This document shows, piece by piece, positions 17,101 to 26,325 of a DNA stretch of 53,194 nucleotides. Positions within the stretch are counted from its first letter, which is position 1, and the number at the start of each line of letters is the position of its first letter. The stretch is from a bacterium (GTDB lineage: Bacteria; Bacillota_I; Bacilli_A; RF39; UBA660). The stretch is taken from positions 1 through 53,194 of the forward strand of contig CAVAGO010000002.1 in the NCBI GenBank assembly GCA_963588075.1. The letters run 5' to 3'. The translations under genes and the position numbers were made by a program. The notes under the pieces were generated by a model. It was not told the DNA's origin. It saw only the letters and a list, made by a program, of their open reading frames with translations, and ran no database searches.

Positions 17101-17364
17101 CTATGTTTTACTTGATACTCTTGGTATTAAGTTACTATTTAAATCACTTTTTACACTTTCAAGTTCTTTCTTGATACTTAATATTTCATCATTTTCAAAC
17201 ATTTTCTCGTCTATTTGAACACTATCATCTAAAAGTGTTACAAATGATTGATAGTTTGTTGAAAATTTACTCATTTTATTTCTTATTTTATATAAATCAC
17301 TTAATAATGATCTATATTTACGTCTTCTTCTTTCTAATTGTTCTATTTCTTCAGGTGTAACCAT
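17101..17364 (-). CDS. Small alpha-helical protein (T7SS accessory/chaperone candidate)
   Basis: ORF trimmed to ATG 17364 (MVTPEEIEQLERRRR), preceded by AGGAGG. The longer track ORF overlaps the upstream gene by ~100 nt. Confidence 0.5.
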   Translation of the reverse strand: MVTPEEIEQLERRRRKYRSLLSDLYKIRNKMSKFSTNYQSFVTLLDDSVQIDEKMFENDEILSIKKELESVKSDLNSNLIPRVSSKT

Positions 17365-17365
17365 A

Positions 17366-17668
17366 TTATTTGCCTCCTGTAGTAATATTTTCGAAATTTT
17401 GTTTAGACAATGCAGCATCTTTTTTATAACTTGCAATTGTCCTGTCGATAACTGTACAATAGTTTTCGTCATTTGTTAGCAGTTTCTTATTCATATTTTT
17501 TAATTCCGTAATAACATTAGCTATTTTATGAGAATTTTTTGTTTTATATAAATTACTTAAATCATCAAAATAAAATTCAATGTTACTACTTTGTTGTTTA
17601 CTTTCATTTGTATAATATCGCGCTTTATCTAAAGTTGTTTGGAGTTCTCTTTCTTTTATCATTGCCAT
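17366..17668 (-). CDS. Small alpha-helical protein (Esx/Lap-like T7SS accessory candidate)
   Basis: ~100 aa with predicted helical composition. ATG 17668 has AGGAG 9 nt upstream and is tightly packed with its neighbours. Confidence 0.5.
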   Translation of the reverse strand: MAMIKERELQTTLDKARYYTNESKQQSSNIEFYFDDLSNLYKTKNSHKIANVITELKNMNKKLLTNDENYCTVIDRTIASYKKDAALSKQNFENITTGGK

Positions 17669-17669
17669 A

Positions 17670-18248
17670 TTAATCAACTCCTACTTCTAGATATGGAGCT
17701 ATTTCAAACTCTTCGATTCTATCTAGTAATATTTTAGATAAGTTAGTATTAACTTGATTCTCTATTTTCTCTAGTTTATCAAATAAATCTTTTAACTTTG
17801 TTTTTTCTTCATTCATTCGGTCATATAGTTTAGTTAGTCTTTTCTTATGGTTGTTAATAACTGTTGCTTCTGAAGGACAGAATGATGTATCTAATCTATT
17901 ATAAGAAGAAATTATTGTTGATAGTTCACTCATTAGATTGTTCATTTTTTCTAAGAGACTTCCTCTATATTCTTCATTTACTTTTATTTTTTTACCTATT
18001 ACTTTGTATTGATTTAGTATATAGGTATAAATATCTTTTACTTCATTTAAACTAGTAAAATATGACTTATTTTTTTCTCGTTCACGTGGCATTGCTTCAA
18101 CAAATCTTGTAGAATATCCATCATTCCAAAAAAAAGAAGAGGAACTTAATTCCTTAAATAAAGTTTGATATGTAAGTTCGTATTCATTTAATAGCTTGTT
18201 AATTTGCAACAAATCTTTTTCAATTTCATGCGAATCTACAGATATCAT
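17670..18248 (-). CDS. Alpha-helical hypothetical protein in the T7SS operon
   Basis: 192 aa from ATG 18248 (AGGTGA upstream), with coiled-coil-like composition. No recognisable domain. Confidence 0.5.
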   Translation of the reverse strand: MISVDSHEIEKDLLQINKLLNEYELTYQTLFKELSSSSFFWNDGYSTRFVEAMPREREKNKSYFTSLNEVKDIYTYILNQYKVIGKKIKVNEEYRGSLLEKMNNLMSELSTIISSYNRLDTSFCPSEATVINNHKKRLTKLYDRMNEEKTKLKDLFDKLEKIENQVNTNLSKILLDRIEEFEIAPYLEVGVD

Positions 18249-18346
18249 ATGAATCACCTACTTTTTTCCAAATATATAGCAACTATAGGTATAGTTACCA
18301 TATATTTAGAAAAAAACGAGTTTTTTCTAAATGTTTATTCAACAAA

Positions 18347-19000
18347 CTAGTTAGTTCCGAATGTAGATGCGTTTGCAGCAGCAATCTCAGCTTCACGAGC
18401 TTTAGTTTGTTCTAATTTTTGTTTTGTAGCAGCACTTAATTCTTCAGATAATGAAGATAATGATTTTTTAATACTATTCATTGATCCTACTAATGCTTCT
18501 TGTTGGCCTCCACCATAGAAACCACTATTTCCTGCAGCAGCAGCTGCTTCTTTTAATGCTGATTGGATAGCTTCTGCTATACCATCCATCATATTTTTTG
18601 CTCCTTCGAATTCAGCTGAGCTTGTAATACCTACGAATGAATTTAAATCACTTTTCATAGCGTCTACTGATAATGTATTTGCTTTTACATTATGAGCAAC
18701 CTTTTGGAATACTGATGTACTATGTTCATTATCAAAGTTTAATGCATTTTGAGTTATTGTATCATTAACACTTTGGAAAATCTTTTCAATTTGATTTGCT
18801 GCTTCATCAAGAGCTGGTTTAAATTTATCTCTCATGAATTCAATTGCGTCATTACCAAACCAAGTTGAACTGATAGTATTAATAACTTTTTGTTGCATAC
18901 TATCAATGATTTGATTCATTGTTTGTCCATATGCTCCTTCTATTTTATTTAAAGCTGCTGTAGCTTCTTGTCCGTTAAGACCTATTCTTTCTTCTGCCAT
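18347..19000 (-). CDS. WXG100-like protein with a ~110-aa C-terminal extension
   Basis: STWFGNDAIEFMRDKF matches the W-x-G-x-x-A-x-x-F core at about residue 46. Its 217-aa length is roughly twice a canonical EsxA. Confidence 0.65.
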   Translation of the reverse strand: MAEERIGLNGQEATAALNKIEGAYGQTMNQIIDSMQQKVINTISSTWFGNDAIEFMRDKFKPALDEAANQIEKIFQSVNDTITQNALNFDNEHSTSVFQKVAHNVKANTLSVDAMKSDLNSFVGITSSAEFEGAKNMMDGIAEAIQSALKEAAAAAGNSGFYGGGQQEALVGSMNSIKKSLSSLSEELSAATKQKLEQTKAREAEIAAANASTFGTN

Positions 19001-19124
19001 TTTTATCTCTCCTTTTATAAAACAAATTATTTTTGATAAATTACACTGGCTATCTTAATTTATCTAAATAAATTGTAACAAAGCTTTTTTTTCAATGCAA
19101 TATTATTGTCTCGCTGTTTACACT

Positions 19125-19391
19125 TTATATTTTCAATAATATTAATTCTGTGCCATTTCTAATGTCTGTATCTATAATTATTTCATTGTTATTATACACT
19201 TTGTTGTTTATCTTGTTGATAAATACATACTTGTCGTTAGTATTAAGTGGAACACCTGATAAATCAGAAATAGATTTAATAACAAGTTTGTTGACACGCC
19301 AAACTAATTCGTTGACTGGAATAAATAAATCATAATCTGCGTCAAGTTCTGGAACGTCTACATTAATTAGTACTTTATTATTCATCGTCAT
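19125..19391 (-). CDS. esaB: YukD/EsaB-like ubiquitin-fold T7SS protein
   Basis: ~86 aa. It has the INVDV..YDLFIP.. pattern typical of YukD, and overlaps the essC stop. Confidence 0.7.
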   Translation of the reverse strand: MTMNNKVLINVDVPELDADYDLFIPVNELVWRVNKLVIKSISDLSGVPLNTNDKYVFINKINNKVYNNNEIIIDTDIRNGTELILLKI

Positions 19392-22300
19392 CCTCCTTAG
19401 CTGGATAGAAATCTAATACTTTAGAAAGGATTGCTGTTCCTTCTGATACAAAGTATCCCATATCATTTTTAAAGTCTTTTGTCATATCTTTAGAATAATT
19501 AGAATACTTGAATACTGATTGATCTGCCATACCTTTACCTATCCATAGGCCATCATTTGCACTGAAGATACTTTTAAACCATTCATCATATGAATAATTT
19601 TTTAGTTTAGTGCCATCTTCAATTAGAACTACACATATCTTTTCATATTTCTTTATTTTTTCTATCATTTTTTCTAATTTACTTGAACCACTTAACTTAG
19701 ATAGAATTTTGTAAATACCATTTAATACTATTACTACGTTTGGTTCTGCCGGTGCAGGTCCTTCTAATTGCTTATCAATAAAATTATTTATAGCATCAAA
19801 GACATCTTCAAAATTATTATTATAGTAATTTGAAACAATTTCTTTATCTGGTAATAAATTATCATGAGCGTCAACAACTATAACACCCATTCCCTTGATA
19901 CTTGTTAATACTTTTAGTAAACTTCTAGCAAAGTTAGTAGTATTTTCAATCTTATTAGCACTTACTATTGTTCCAAGTGTTGCTTCAAAATTCATTTTTT
20001 GAACTTCTAACTCATCTTTACTAATTGCGTATGGAACTGCTTTTAAATTAGTTATATCTTTACTAATTGTTTCATAAGAAACATGTTTTGGTAATGCTGG
20101 AATTGGAATTGCTTTAATTTTATTTACTTCATTTACTTTATTTATAAATTCAGTTAAGAAATCATTTTGTTTATCAATTGAGTCAGTTACAGAACATGTT
20201 TGGAATTCGTGAACTACACTATTTTCTTCGTATAGACCACGACCAACCATCTCTCTAGGGATAAGTTTTGTTCTAACTGTAAACATAGTATTATAATCTG
20301 TACTATCTTTTAAATGTAAACAATAAATGTTTGGACAGTTTTGATTTATTTTACTATGGATTGAACGAGTACTATTTGCTGTAATTATGAAAACAATACC
20401 ATATCTTGTTGAATCTCTTAATAACTCTGGAATTTGATCTAGAACATCTGGATTACTTTCGTATAAAGAATCGTAGTTGTTAATAATAACTACCTTTAAT
20501 GGCATTTTTTCAGGACTATTTTTAATATAGTTTTTATATTCGCCACCATATTTTATGAAAGTTTTCTTTCTTTTCTTTTGTTCTTCACCAATTAATTTAA
20601 TTAAATTATTATATTTTTCATCTTCTCCTGTAAAGACCATACCTCCAATATGTGGGAGATTCATGACATTACGAAGAGATTCTGAACCATAATCCATAAT
20701 ATAGAAATTGATTTCGTCAGCTGTATGATATTTAGCTGTGGAATAAATCATAGTTGTCAACAATTTTTCTTTTTCTGTTCCATCAACACCATAAATGATA
20801 GTATTTCCATTTTCTAGGTAGTTATATTTTACTAAACCTTGTTTTTGAAGTTCTGGAGCATCATATTCACCAATTGTAGCTTCTACATTATAAGGAGTAT
20901 GAGTTACATTGTATTTCTTTTCAATATCGTCAGCTAGGATTATTTCAGGAATATTTTCTAACCATAATTTTCTAGCGCGTTTATTGACAGTTTTTGAAAC
21001 GTTAATAATTTCATTTAGTACTGCGGCAAGTTGTTCTCCTTGAGCTTCTCCTTTAGCAGCATTGCTATTGCTAGCTTGAATACTTTTTATAACATTTCCG
21101 TTATTTGAAATAAAATTAATAGATTTATCAACTTGTTTTTGGATTTTTTCAGATGGGAAGTATTTAGCACCGCACCATCCAGATTGACCTAAAGCGAAGT
21201 ATTCATCAAAACCAACTTGTAAGTAGAAACGACCTGTTTGTTTTAAGCTTGCTGCATCTGGTTTTTTTAACATTTCCTTACTATCTGATTCATCTTGTAC
21301 TTTTAGACATACTCTGAATTTTGTATTTGACCAAATTTGATCATTAACTACACCACTTGGTTTTTGAGTGGCTAGAATCAAGTGAACTCCCAATGAACGA
21401 CCGATACGAGCAACACTTATCAAATTATCCATAAAGTCTGGTTGTTGAGATTTTAACTCAGCAAACTCATCGGAAATGATAAATAAATGTGGGATTGGAT
21501 CTTTTAGTCGTCCTTCGTGATAATGTTTTTGATATTTGTAAATATCAATTGTACTTTCTCCTAATTGATCTCTTGCAATATTAAATAACTCTTGACGACG
21601 TTTTACTTCACTATCGATACTAACTAGAGTTCTTGACATTTCAGCTTTATCTAAGTTAGTAATTGTACCTGCTAAATGAGGTAGTGTAACACCTGTTAAT
21701 TTATTTTCAAATGCGAAAGCTAAACCTCCACCTTTGTAGTCGATAAGAATAAATGCTACATCATCTGGGCTATAATTCATAGCTAAAGATAAGATATATG
21801 TAATAATAAATTCTGATTTACCTGAACCTGTCATACCTGCTATTAATCCGTGTGGTCCATGGTATTTTTCATGTAAATCTAAGTACATGTAGTTACCATC
21901 TTCATCAACACCAACTTCTGCTTTTAGAGTTGCTGTTGAATCATTGGTATTCCAACGGTTTAGGACATTTAGTTGTTCAACTTTACCTACTTTTTCCATT
22001 TCTAAGAATGAAATAGCATTTGGTAGTTGATTAGCTGCACCAGCTATTTCGACAGGGATATTGGATAATATTTTACTAACCCCCATCATATTTAATCCAT
22101 AATCTACTTCATCTTTAAAGTCGATTACTTCTTGAGATTCATAGGAATTCTTTAAGATTCCTGATGTACCATCGGATAAATTAATAAAGTTAGAACATTT
22201 ACTAGGTAAATTATTTAAACTCTTATCTACTATGATAGTACTATATCCAATATTTGTATCTATTTCCATTAAAGATTTAAAGAAATTAAGTTTTTTAGTA

Positions 22301-23961
22301 GCACTATAATTTTCACAAATAATCAAATAATGAGGTGTTGGATGGAAGTCTTTTCCTTCAGACACTTGGATACGATAATTTAACTCATTATTTAAGTAAT
22401 CACATAATTCTTTAGCTTCATCAATATTAGCTGCAAAGTATCTTACTGTTTTATTATTATCAAAGCAGTAGTTACTATATTTTAAGTATTTCCAATGTTC
22501 TTCGTTTTCTTCTGTTGTAAATAGAACTATTTTTAATTCATCATAACAATAGAAAGTCATAAGTTGTAATAATATATTGTCTAGGAATCCTTCACATTTA
22601 CGAGTATTACCCATTACAGCTGTTAAATGATTATCATATAGAGAGTATCCAACCGGGACATCATCTATGTATTTGTATTCTTCAACCATTAGATCAGCCG
22701 CTTCACGAAGATCACTTTCTTCAATAGTAAATCCTTCTTCTGGATATATTACTTTTACTTCTAATGGAACCTTACCGATACCAACTCTGACTTCTAAGAA
22801 ATCATCTTGGTCTTTACGTTTATCCCAGAAACCGTTACTTCTTGTATTAATTGTTTTTAGACATTCTGCTGTACTAATTAAGTTTTCTTGAAGAATTCCC
22901 TTTTGAAGAATTCTTTCTTTTTCTAATTCAGCTTTTTTGTCGGTTAAATAGCGTCCATATTTTTGGTATAATTCACGATTGTTAACATTATCTAAGTGTT
23001 TATTATACATTCTTGTGATTAATGGCCATACTAGAGATGTTAAAAGCATTACTGATCCTGAAACTAATTGTAACCAAGAACTTTGTAATGTTGTTGAGCC
23101 ATTGTTAAGTTGAACTATTGTATTTAGCATAGTCATTGAAGATGTAACACCCATTGATAACATTGGACCAATTGTTAGAATTAATGGTAGTTTGTCATTT
23201 TCTTTAGGTTTAGGTGGTGCATCTAATTTGATTTCTTTTTCTTCGATTATTCTTCGCATGCGCGGAGATTTAGAAAAATATTGATCTTTTGTATATAAAT
23301 CTTTATCTTTAACTTCAATGTTTTGATATTCATCCATATTACATGTGAAAGGCATTATATTGGCACGAGTTGTATCGATTCGGACGATACCATTTGGATT
23401 ATTTATCATAAACATATTAGATAAGAATGTTATTCTTAAATCTAAAATATTAATTCTATCTCCTGGTCTAATCAAGTAGTTTTGTGTTTTTAATTTAGTA
23501 TTATTGACATAAAGAAAATTGTTGCTATTATAAGTAATCAAAATCTCTTTTCCAGCTGGTTCGATTCTTACTTGAATACCATTAACAATTGTTGATGAAA
23601 ATAAAATGTTGCAATCTTGGGTAGAACCAATTAACAGTCTGGTGTTAGGATTTATGACATATGAACTTAATTGTTTTTCTTTTATAGAGCTTGTAGAAAT
23701 TAAATATTTAACATTATTTCTTATTAAATAATAGTAAGTGTCTTCTTTGAAAGCTACTTCACTTACTGCTTGACCATTGTCTACTACTTGAACTTCTTCT
23801 GTACTATAAAGAGTCCACACATTATTTCTGGCTTCTATATTAATTAATTTAGCTTCTTCATCTTCTTTAGGATCGAAGTTATAGCTACCAGATATTTGTG
23901 TAGGTAAAGTATACTCTATCATTCTATCGTCTAAATATAGTGTTATTTTCACGATGGCCAC
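19378..23961 (-). CDS. essC: T7SS FtsK/SpoIIIE-family ATPase EssC (N-terminal FHA-like region, 2 TM helices, 3 ATPase domains)
   Basis: GMTGSGKSEF Walker A and LFIISDEFAEL Walker B in D1; degenerate P-loops in D2 and D3. TM segments sit at about aa 258-320. The true start may be GTG 23952 rather than 23961. Confidence 0.9.
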   Translation of the reverse strand: MAIVKITLYLDDRMIEYTLPTQISGSYNFDPKEDEEAKLINIEARNNVWTLYSTEEVQVVDNGQAVSEVAFKEDTYYYLIRNNVKYLISTSSIKEKQLSSYVINPNTRLLIGSTQDCNILFSSTIVNGIQVRIEPAGKEILITYNSNNFLYVNNTKLKTQNYLIRPGDRINILDLRITFLSNMFMINNPNGIVRIDTTRANIMPFTCNMDEYQNIEVKDKDLYTKDQYFSKSPRMRRIIEEKEIKLDAPPKPKENDKLPLILTIGPMLSMGVTSSMTMLNTIVQLNNGSTTLQSSWLQLVSGSVMLLTSLVWPLITRMYNKHLDNVNNRELYQKYGRYLTDKKAELEKERILQKGILQENLISTAECLKTINTRSNGFWDKRKDQDDFLEVRVGIGKVPLEVKVIYPEEGFTIEESDLREAADLMVEEYKYIDDVPVGYSLYDNHLTAVMGNTRKCEGFLDNILLQLMTFYCYDELKIVLFTTEENEEHWKYLKYSNYCFDNNKTVRYFAANIDEAKELCDYLNNELNYRIQVSEGKDFHPTPHYLIICENYSATKKLNFFKSLMEIDTNIGYSTIIVDKSLNNLPSKCSNFINLSDGTSGILKNSYESQEVIDFKDEVDYGLNMMGVSKILSNIPVEIAGAANQLPNAISFLEMEKVGKVEQLNVLNRWNTNDSTATLKAEVGVDEDGNYMYLDLHEKYHGPHGLIAGMTGSGKSEFIITYILSLAMNYSPDDVAFILIDYKGGGLAFAFENKLTGVTLPHLAGTITNLDKAEMSRTLVSIDSEVKRRQELFNIARDQLGESTIDIYKYQKHYHEGRLKDPIPHLFIISDEFAELKSQQPDFMDNLISVARIGRSLGVHLILATQKPSGVVNDQIWSNTKFRVCLKVQDESDSKEMLKKPDAASLKQTGRFYLQVGFDEYFALGQSGWCGAKYFPSEKIQKQVDKSINFISNNGNVIKSIQASNSNAAKGEAQGEQLAAVLNEIINVSKTVNKRARKLWLENIPEIILADDIEKKYNVTHTPYNVEATIGEYDAPELQKQGLVKYNYLENGNTIIYGVDGTEKEKLLTTMIYSTAKYHTADEINFYIMDYGSESLRNVMNLPHIGGMVFTGEDEKYNNLIKLIGEEQKKRKKTFIKYGGEYKNYIKNSPEKMPLKVVIINNYDSLYESNPDVLDQIPELLRDSTRYGIVFIITANSTRSIHSKINQNCPNIYCLHLKDSTDYNTMFTVRTKLIPREMVGRGLYEENSVVHEFQTCSVTDSIDKQNDFLTEFINKVNEVNKIKAIPIPALPKHVSYETISKDITNLKAVPYAISKDELEVQKMNFEATLGTIVSANKIENTTNFARSLLKVLTSIKGMGVIVVDAHDNLLPDKEIVSNYYNNNFEDVFDAINNFIDKQLEGPAPAEPNVVIVLNGIYKILSKLSGSSKLEKMIEKIKKYEKICVVLIEDGTKLKNYSYDEWFKSIFSANDGLWIGKGMADQSVFKYSNYSKDMTKDFKNDMGYFVSEGTAILSKVLDFYPAKEDDDE

Positions 23962-24022
23962 ACCTCTACTTTATTCTATATAATGATATCATAATCTTGC
24001 TTTTTATTCTATATTTGAGCAC

Positions 24023-24046
24023 AAAAAAAATACTCTTTCGAGTATT
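24023..24046 (-). terminator. Rho-independent terminator after rpsR
   Basis: Stem aatactc/gagtatt with loop tttc, followed by an 8-nt U-run on the minus-strand RNA. Confidence 0.7.
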
Positions 24047-24052
24047 AATTTA

Positions 24053-24268
24053 TTACTTAACGTATGGAAGTAATGCCATATATCTAGCCCATTTAATTTG
24101 TTGAGCGATATGTCTTTGATGTTTTGCACATGCACCAGTCATTCTACGAGGCATGATTTTTCCTTTTTCATTAACATATTTAGAAACAATCATAACATCT
24201 TTGTAGTCAACACTTTTACCAGCACACATTTGGCATATTTTCTTCTTTTTACGATAAAATTCAGCCAT
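24053..24268 (-). CDS. rpsR: 30S ribosomal protein S18
   Basis: The conserved ..DYKD...L..Y....GKI.PRR.TG.CAKHQR.. pattern is present. Confidence 0.95.
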   Translation of the reverse strand: MAEFYRKKKKICQMCAGKSVDYKDVMIVSKYVNEKGKIMPRRMTGACAKHQRHIAQQIKWARYMALLPYVK

Positions 24269-24285
24269 GATTTAAATCCTCCTTT

Positions 24286-24732
24286 TTAGAATGGTAGGTC
24301 GTCATCACTTAAAGCTACTTCACTACCGAAATCTTTAAATGGATCTTCGCTAATATCAGTTGTAGCTATATCGTTTCCAGCACCTACATAATTATTTTCG
24401 CCTGCAGATGTTGCGCCACTTCTTCCTAAGAATGTAACGTTGTCTGCAACAATTTCAGTTACGTATCTTTTTGTTCCATCTTGTGCGTCATAACTTCTAG
24501 TTTGGATTCTTCCTTCAACAGCTACTTGTGTACCTTTTGTACAATATTTTGCAATATTTTCAGCTTGTTTTCTCCAAGCAACACAATTTATAAAATCAGT
24601 TTCTCTTTCACCATTTTGATTTGCATAGCTACGAGATACTGCTACTGTAAATGAAGTTGAATTAATTCCACTTCCAGTTGTACGCATTTCTGGATCTCTA
24701 GTTAATCTTCCGATTATAATCGCTTTGTTCAT
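24286..24732 (-). CDS. ssb: Single-stranded DNA-binding protein
   Basis: MNKAIIIGRLTRDPE OB-fold start and a C-terminal DDDLPF tail. Confidence 0.95.
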   Translation of the reverse strand: MNKAIIIGRLTRDPEMRTTGSGINSTSFTVAVSRSYANQNGERETDFINCVAWRKQAENIAKYCTKGTQVAVEGRIQTRSYDAQDGTKRYVTEIVADNVTFLGRSGATSAGENNYVGAGNDIATTDISEDPFKDFGSEVALSDDDLPF

Positions 24733-24740
24733 AACTTATC

Positions 24741-25031
24741 TTACTCCTCATCTAATTTAATAATTAAATGTCTTAATACGTTTTCATCAAGTCCAGCTTT
24801 ACGGTTTAATTCTGCTTCAACTTCTTTGTTAGCTTCGAATTGCATTAAGAAATAATAACCGTTTAATTCTTTCTTGATTGGATAAGCTAATTTCTTTTCG
24901 CCTAATTCTTTGTATTCAACTACATTACCTTTTAAATCAGTAACAAGTTTCTTAATACTTTCAGCAGTTGCTTTAACGTTTTCGCTATCCATAGTTGCTT
25001 TTACGATAAACATCATTTCATATTTGTTCAT
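24741..25031 (-). CDS. rpsF: 30S ribosomal protein S6
   Basis: MNKYEMMFIV... with the expected size, in rpsF-ssb-rpsR synteny. Confidence 0.95.
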   Translation of the reverse strand: MNKYEMMFIVKATMDSENVKATAESIKKLVTDLKGNVVEYKELGEKKLAYPIKKELNGYYFLMQFEANKEVEAELNRKAGLDENVLRHLIIKLDEE

Positions 25032-25059
25032 TTGTTACACCTCCTTATGGTCTTTGTCG

Positions 25060-25080
25060 GCTTTATATCCAGTATAAAGC
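25060..25080 (-). promoter_or_regulatory. Hairpin in the rpsF 5' leader (candidate S6:S18 autoregulatory element)
   Basis: 8-bp stem gctttata/tataaagc with a 5-nt loop, ~20 nt upstream of the rpsF RBS. Confidence 0.35.
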
Positions 25081-25107
25081 AAGGAGTAAATTTCTTACTC
25101 GTTTCAT

Positions 25108-25136
25108 ATTTTAGCACAATTGTTTGTTATTGTAAA
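25108..25136 (-). promoter_or_regulatory. Sigma-A-type promoter for rpsF-ssb-rpsR
   Basis: Minus strand reads TTTACA, 17 nt, TAAAAT. Confidence 0.45.
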
Positions 25137-25145
25137 CAATAAAAA

Positions 25146-25163
25146 ATAAGGATTTCTCCTTAT
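25146..25163 (-). terminator. Terminator after ychF
   Basis: Stem ataagga/tccttat with loop tttc, followed by a U-run on the minus-strand RNA. Confidence 0.55.
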
Positions 25164-26266
25164 TTAGTTACGTTGAAACGGAAATAACAGATATCGCCGT
25201 CTTTCATTATGTATTCTTTTCCTTCTAAACGAAGTTTTCCAGCTTCTTGTACAGCTTTTTCACTGCCTAGAGTAGCTAAATCTTCATATGACATAATTTC
25301 TGCTTTAATGAACCCTTTTTGGAAGTCGGTATGGATTATTCCGGCACATTCTGGAGCTTTCATTCCATCTTTGAATGTCCAAGCACGACATTCGTCTTCT
25401 CCGGAAGTAAAGAATGTTTTTAAACCTAGTAAATCGTATGTTGCTTTGATTAGTTGGTCTAAACCTGAAGCATTAAGTCCTAAGTCTTCCATGAAAGCTT
25501 TTCTTTCTTCATCTTCGTAGTCAGATAATTCACTTTCTAATTTAGCACACATTACGATAACTTTAGATCCTTCTTTATCTGCGTATTCTTGAACTAGTTT
25601 TGTATAATCGTTACTTCCTACTATAGCATCTTCGTCGTTAACGTTTGCTGCATAGATGATTTTCTTTAAAGTTATGAAGTTGAAACCTGAAATACATAGA
25701 AGTTCGTCTTCTGTATATTCAACGTTACGTAAAGCACTTCCTGATTCTAGAGCTTCTTTTGATTTACGAAGAGCTGTTAATTCTAGTACTGCAGCTTTAT
25801 CTTTAGTAGTTTCAGCTTTCTTTTCTATTTTAGATATTCTGTTTTCTACTATTTCTAAGTCTGCTAAAATCAACTCTGTGTTGATTATTTCGATATCTCT
25901 AATAGGATCGATTTTTCCTTCAACGTGAGTTATTTCTCCGTCTTCAAAACATCTTACTACTTCAACTATTGCATCTACTTCTCTAATATGAGATAGGAAT
26001 TTGTTACCTAATCCTTCGCCTTTAGATGCACCTTTTACTAAACCTGCTATGTCAGTAAATTCAAATGTAGTTGGAACAAGTTTTTTAGGATTGTACATTT
26101 CATTTAGTTTGTCTAAACGATAATCTGGTACTGTTACTACTCCTACATTTGGTTCGATTGTAGCAAATGGATAATTTGCTGCTAATATATTTTTCTTTGT
26201 TATGGCATTAAATAATGTTGATTTACCTACATTAGGTAATCCTACTATACCGGCTTTTAATGACAT
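25160..26266 (-). CDS. ychF: Redox-regulated ATPase YchF
   Basis: MSLKAGIVGLPNVGKSTLFN start. The track's 405-aa version extends into the upstream gene, so I trimmed it to ATG 26266. Confidence 0.9.
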   Translation of the reverse strand: MSLKAGIVGLPNVGKSTLFNAITKKNILAANYPFATIEPNVGVVTVPDYRLDKLNEMYNPKKLVPTTFEFTDIAGLVKGASKGEGLGNKFLSHIREVDAIVEVVRCFEDGEITHVEGKIDPIRDIEIINTELILADLEIVENRISKIEKKAETTKDKAAVLELTALRKSKEALESGSALRNVEYTEDELLCISGFNFITLKKIIYAANVNDEDAIVGSNDYTKLVQEYADKEGSKVIVMCAKLESELSDYEDEERKAFMEDLGLNASGLDQLIKATYDLLGLKTFFTSGEDECRAWTFKDGMKAPECAGIIHTDFQKGFIKAEIMSYEDLATLGSEKAVQEAGKLRLEGKEYIMKDGDICYFRFNVTK

Positions 26267-26325
26267 TTTAATACACCTCAATTCAGTCAATATTATATAA
26301 AAAAACAATTGAATGTTCAATTGTT

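Noticed and set aside
17101-17472. 123-aa version of the small ORF overlapping the upstream gene by ~100 nt.
   Set aside because: An internal ATG at 17364 with an AGGAGG RBS begins 1 nt after the upstream stop, so the shorter form is far more plausible.
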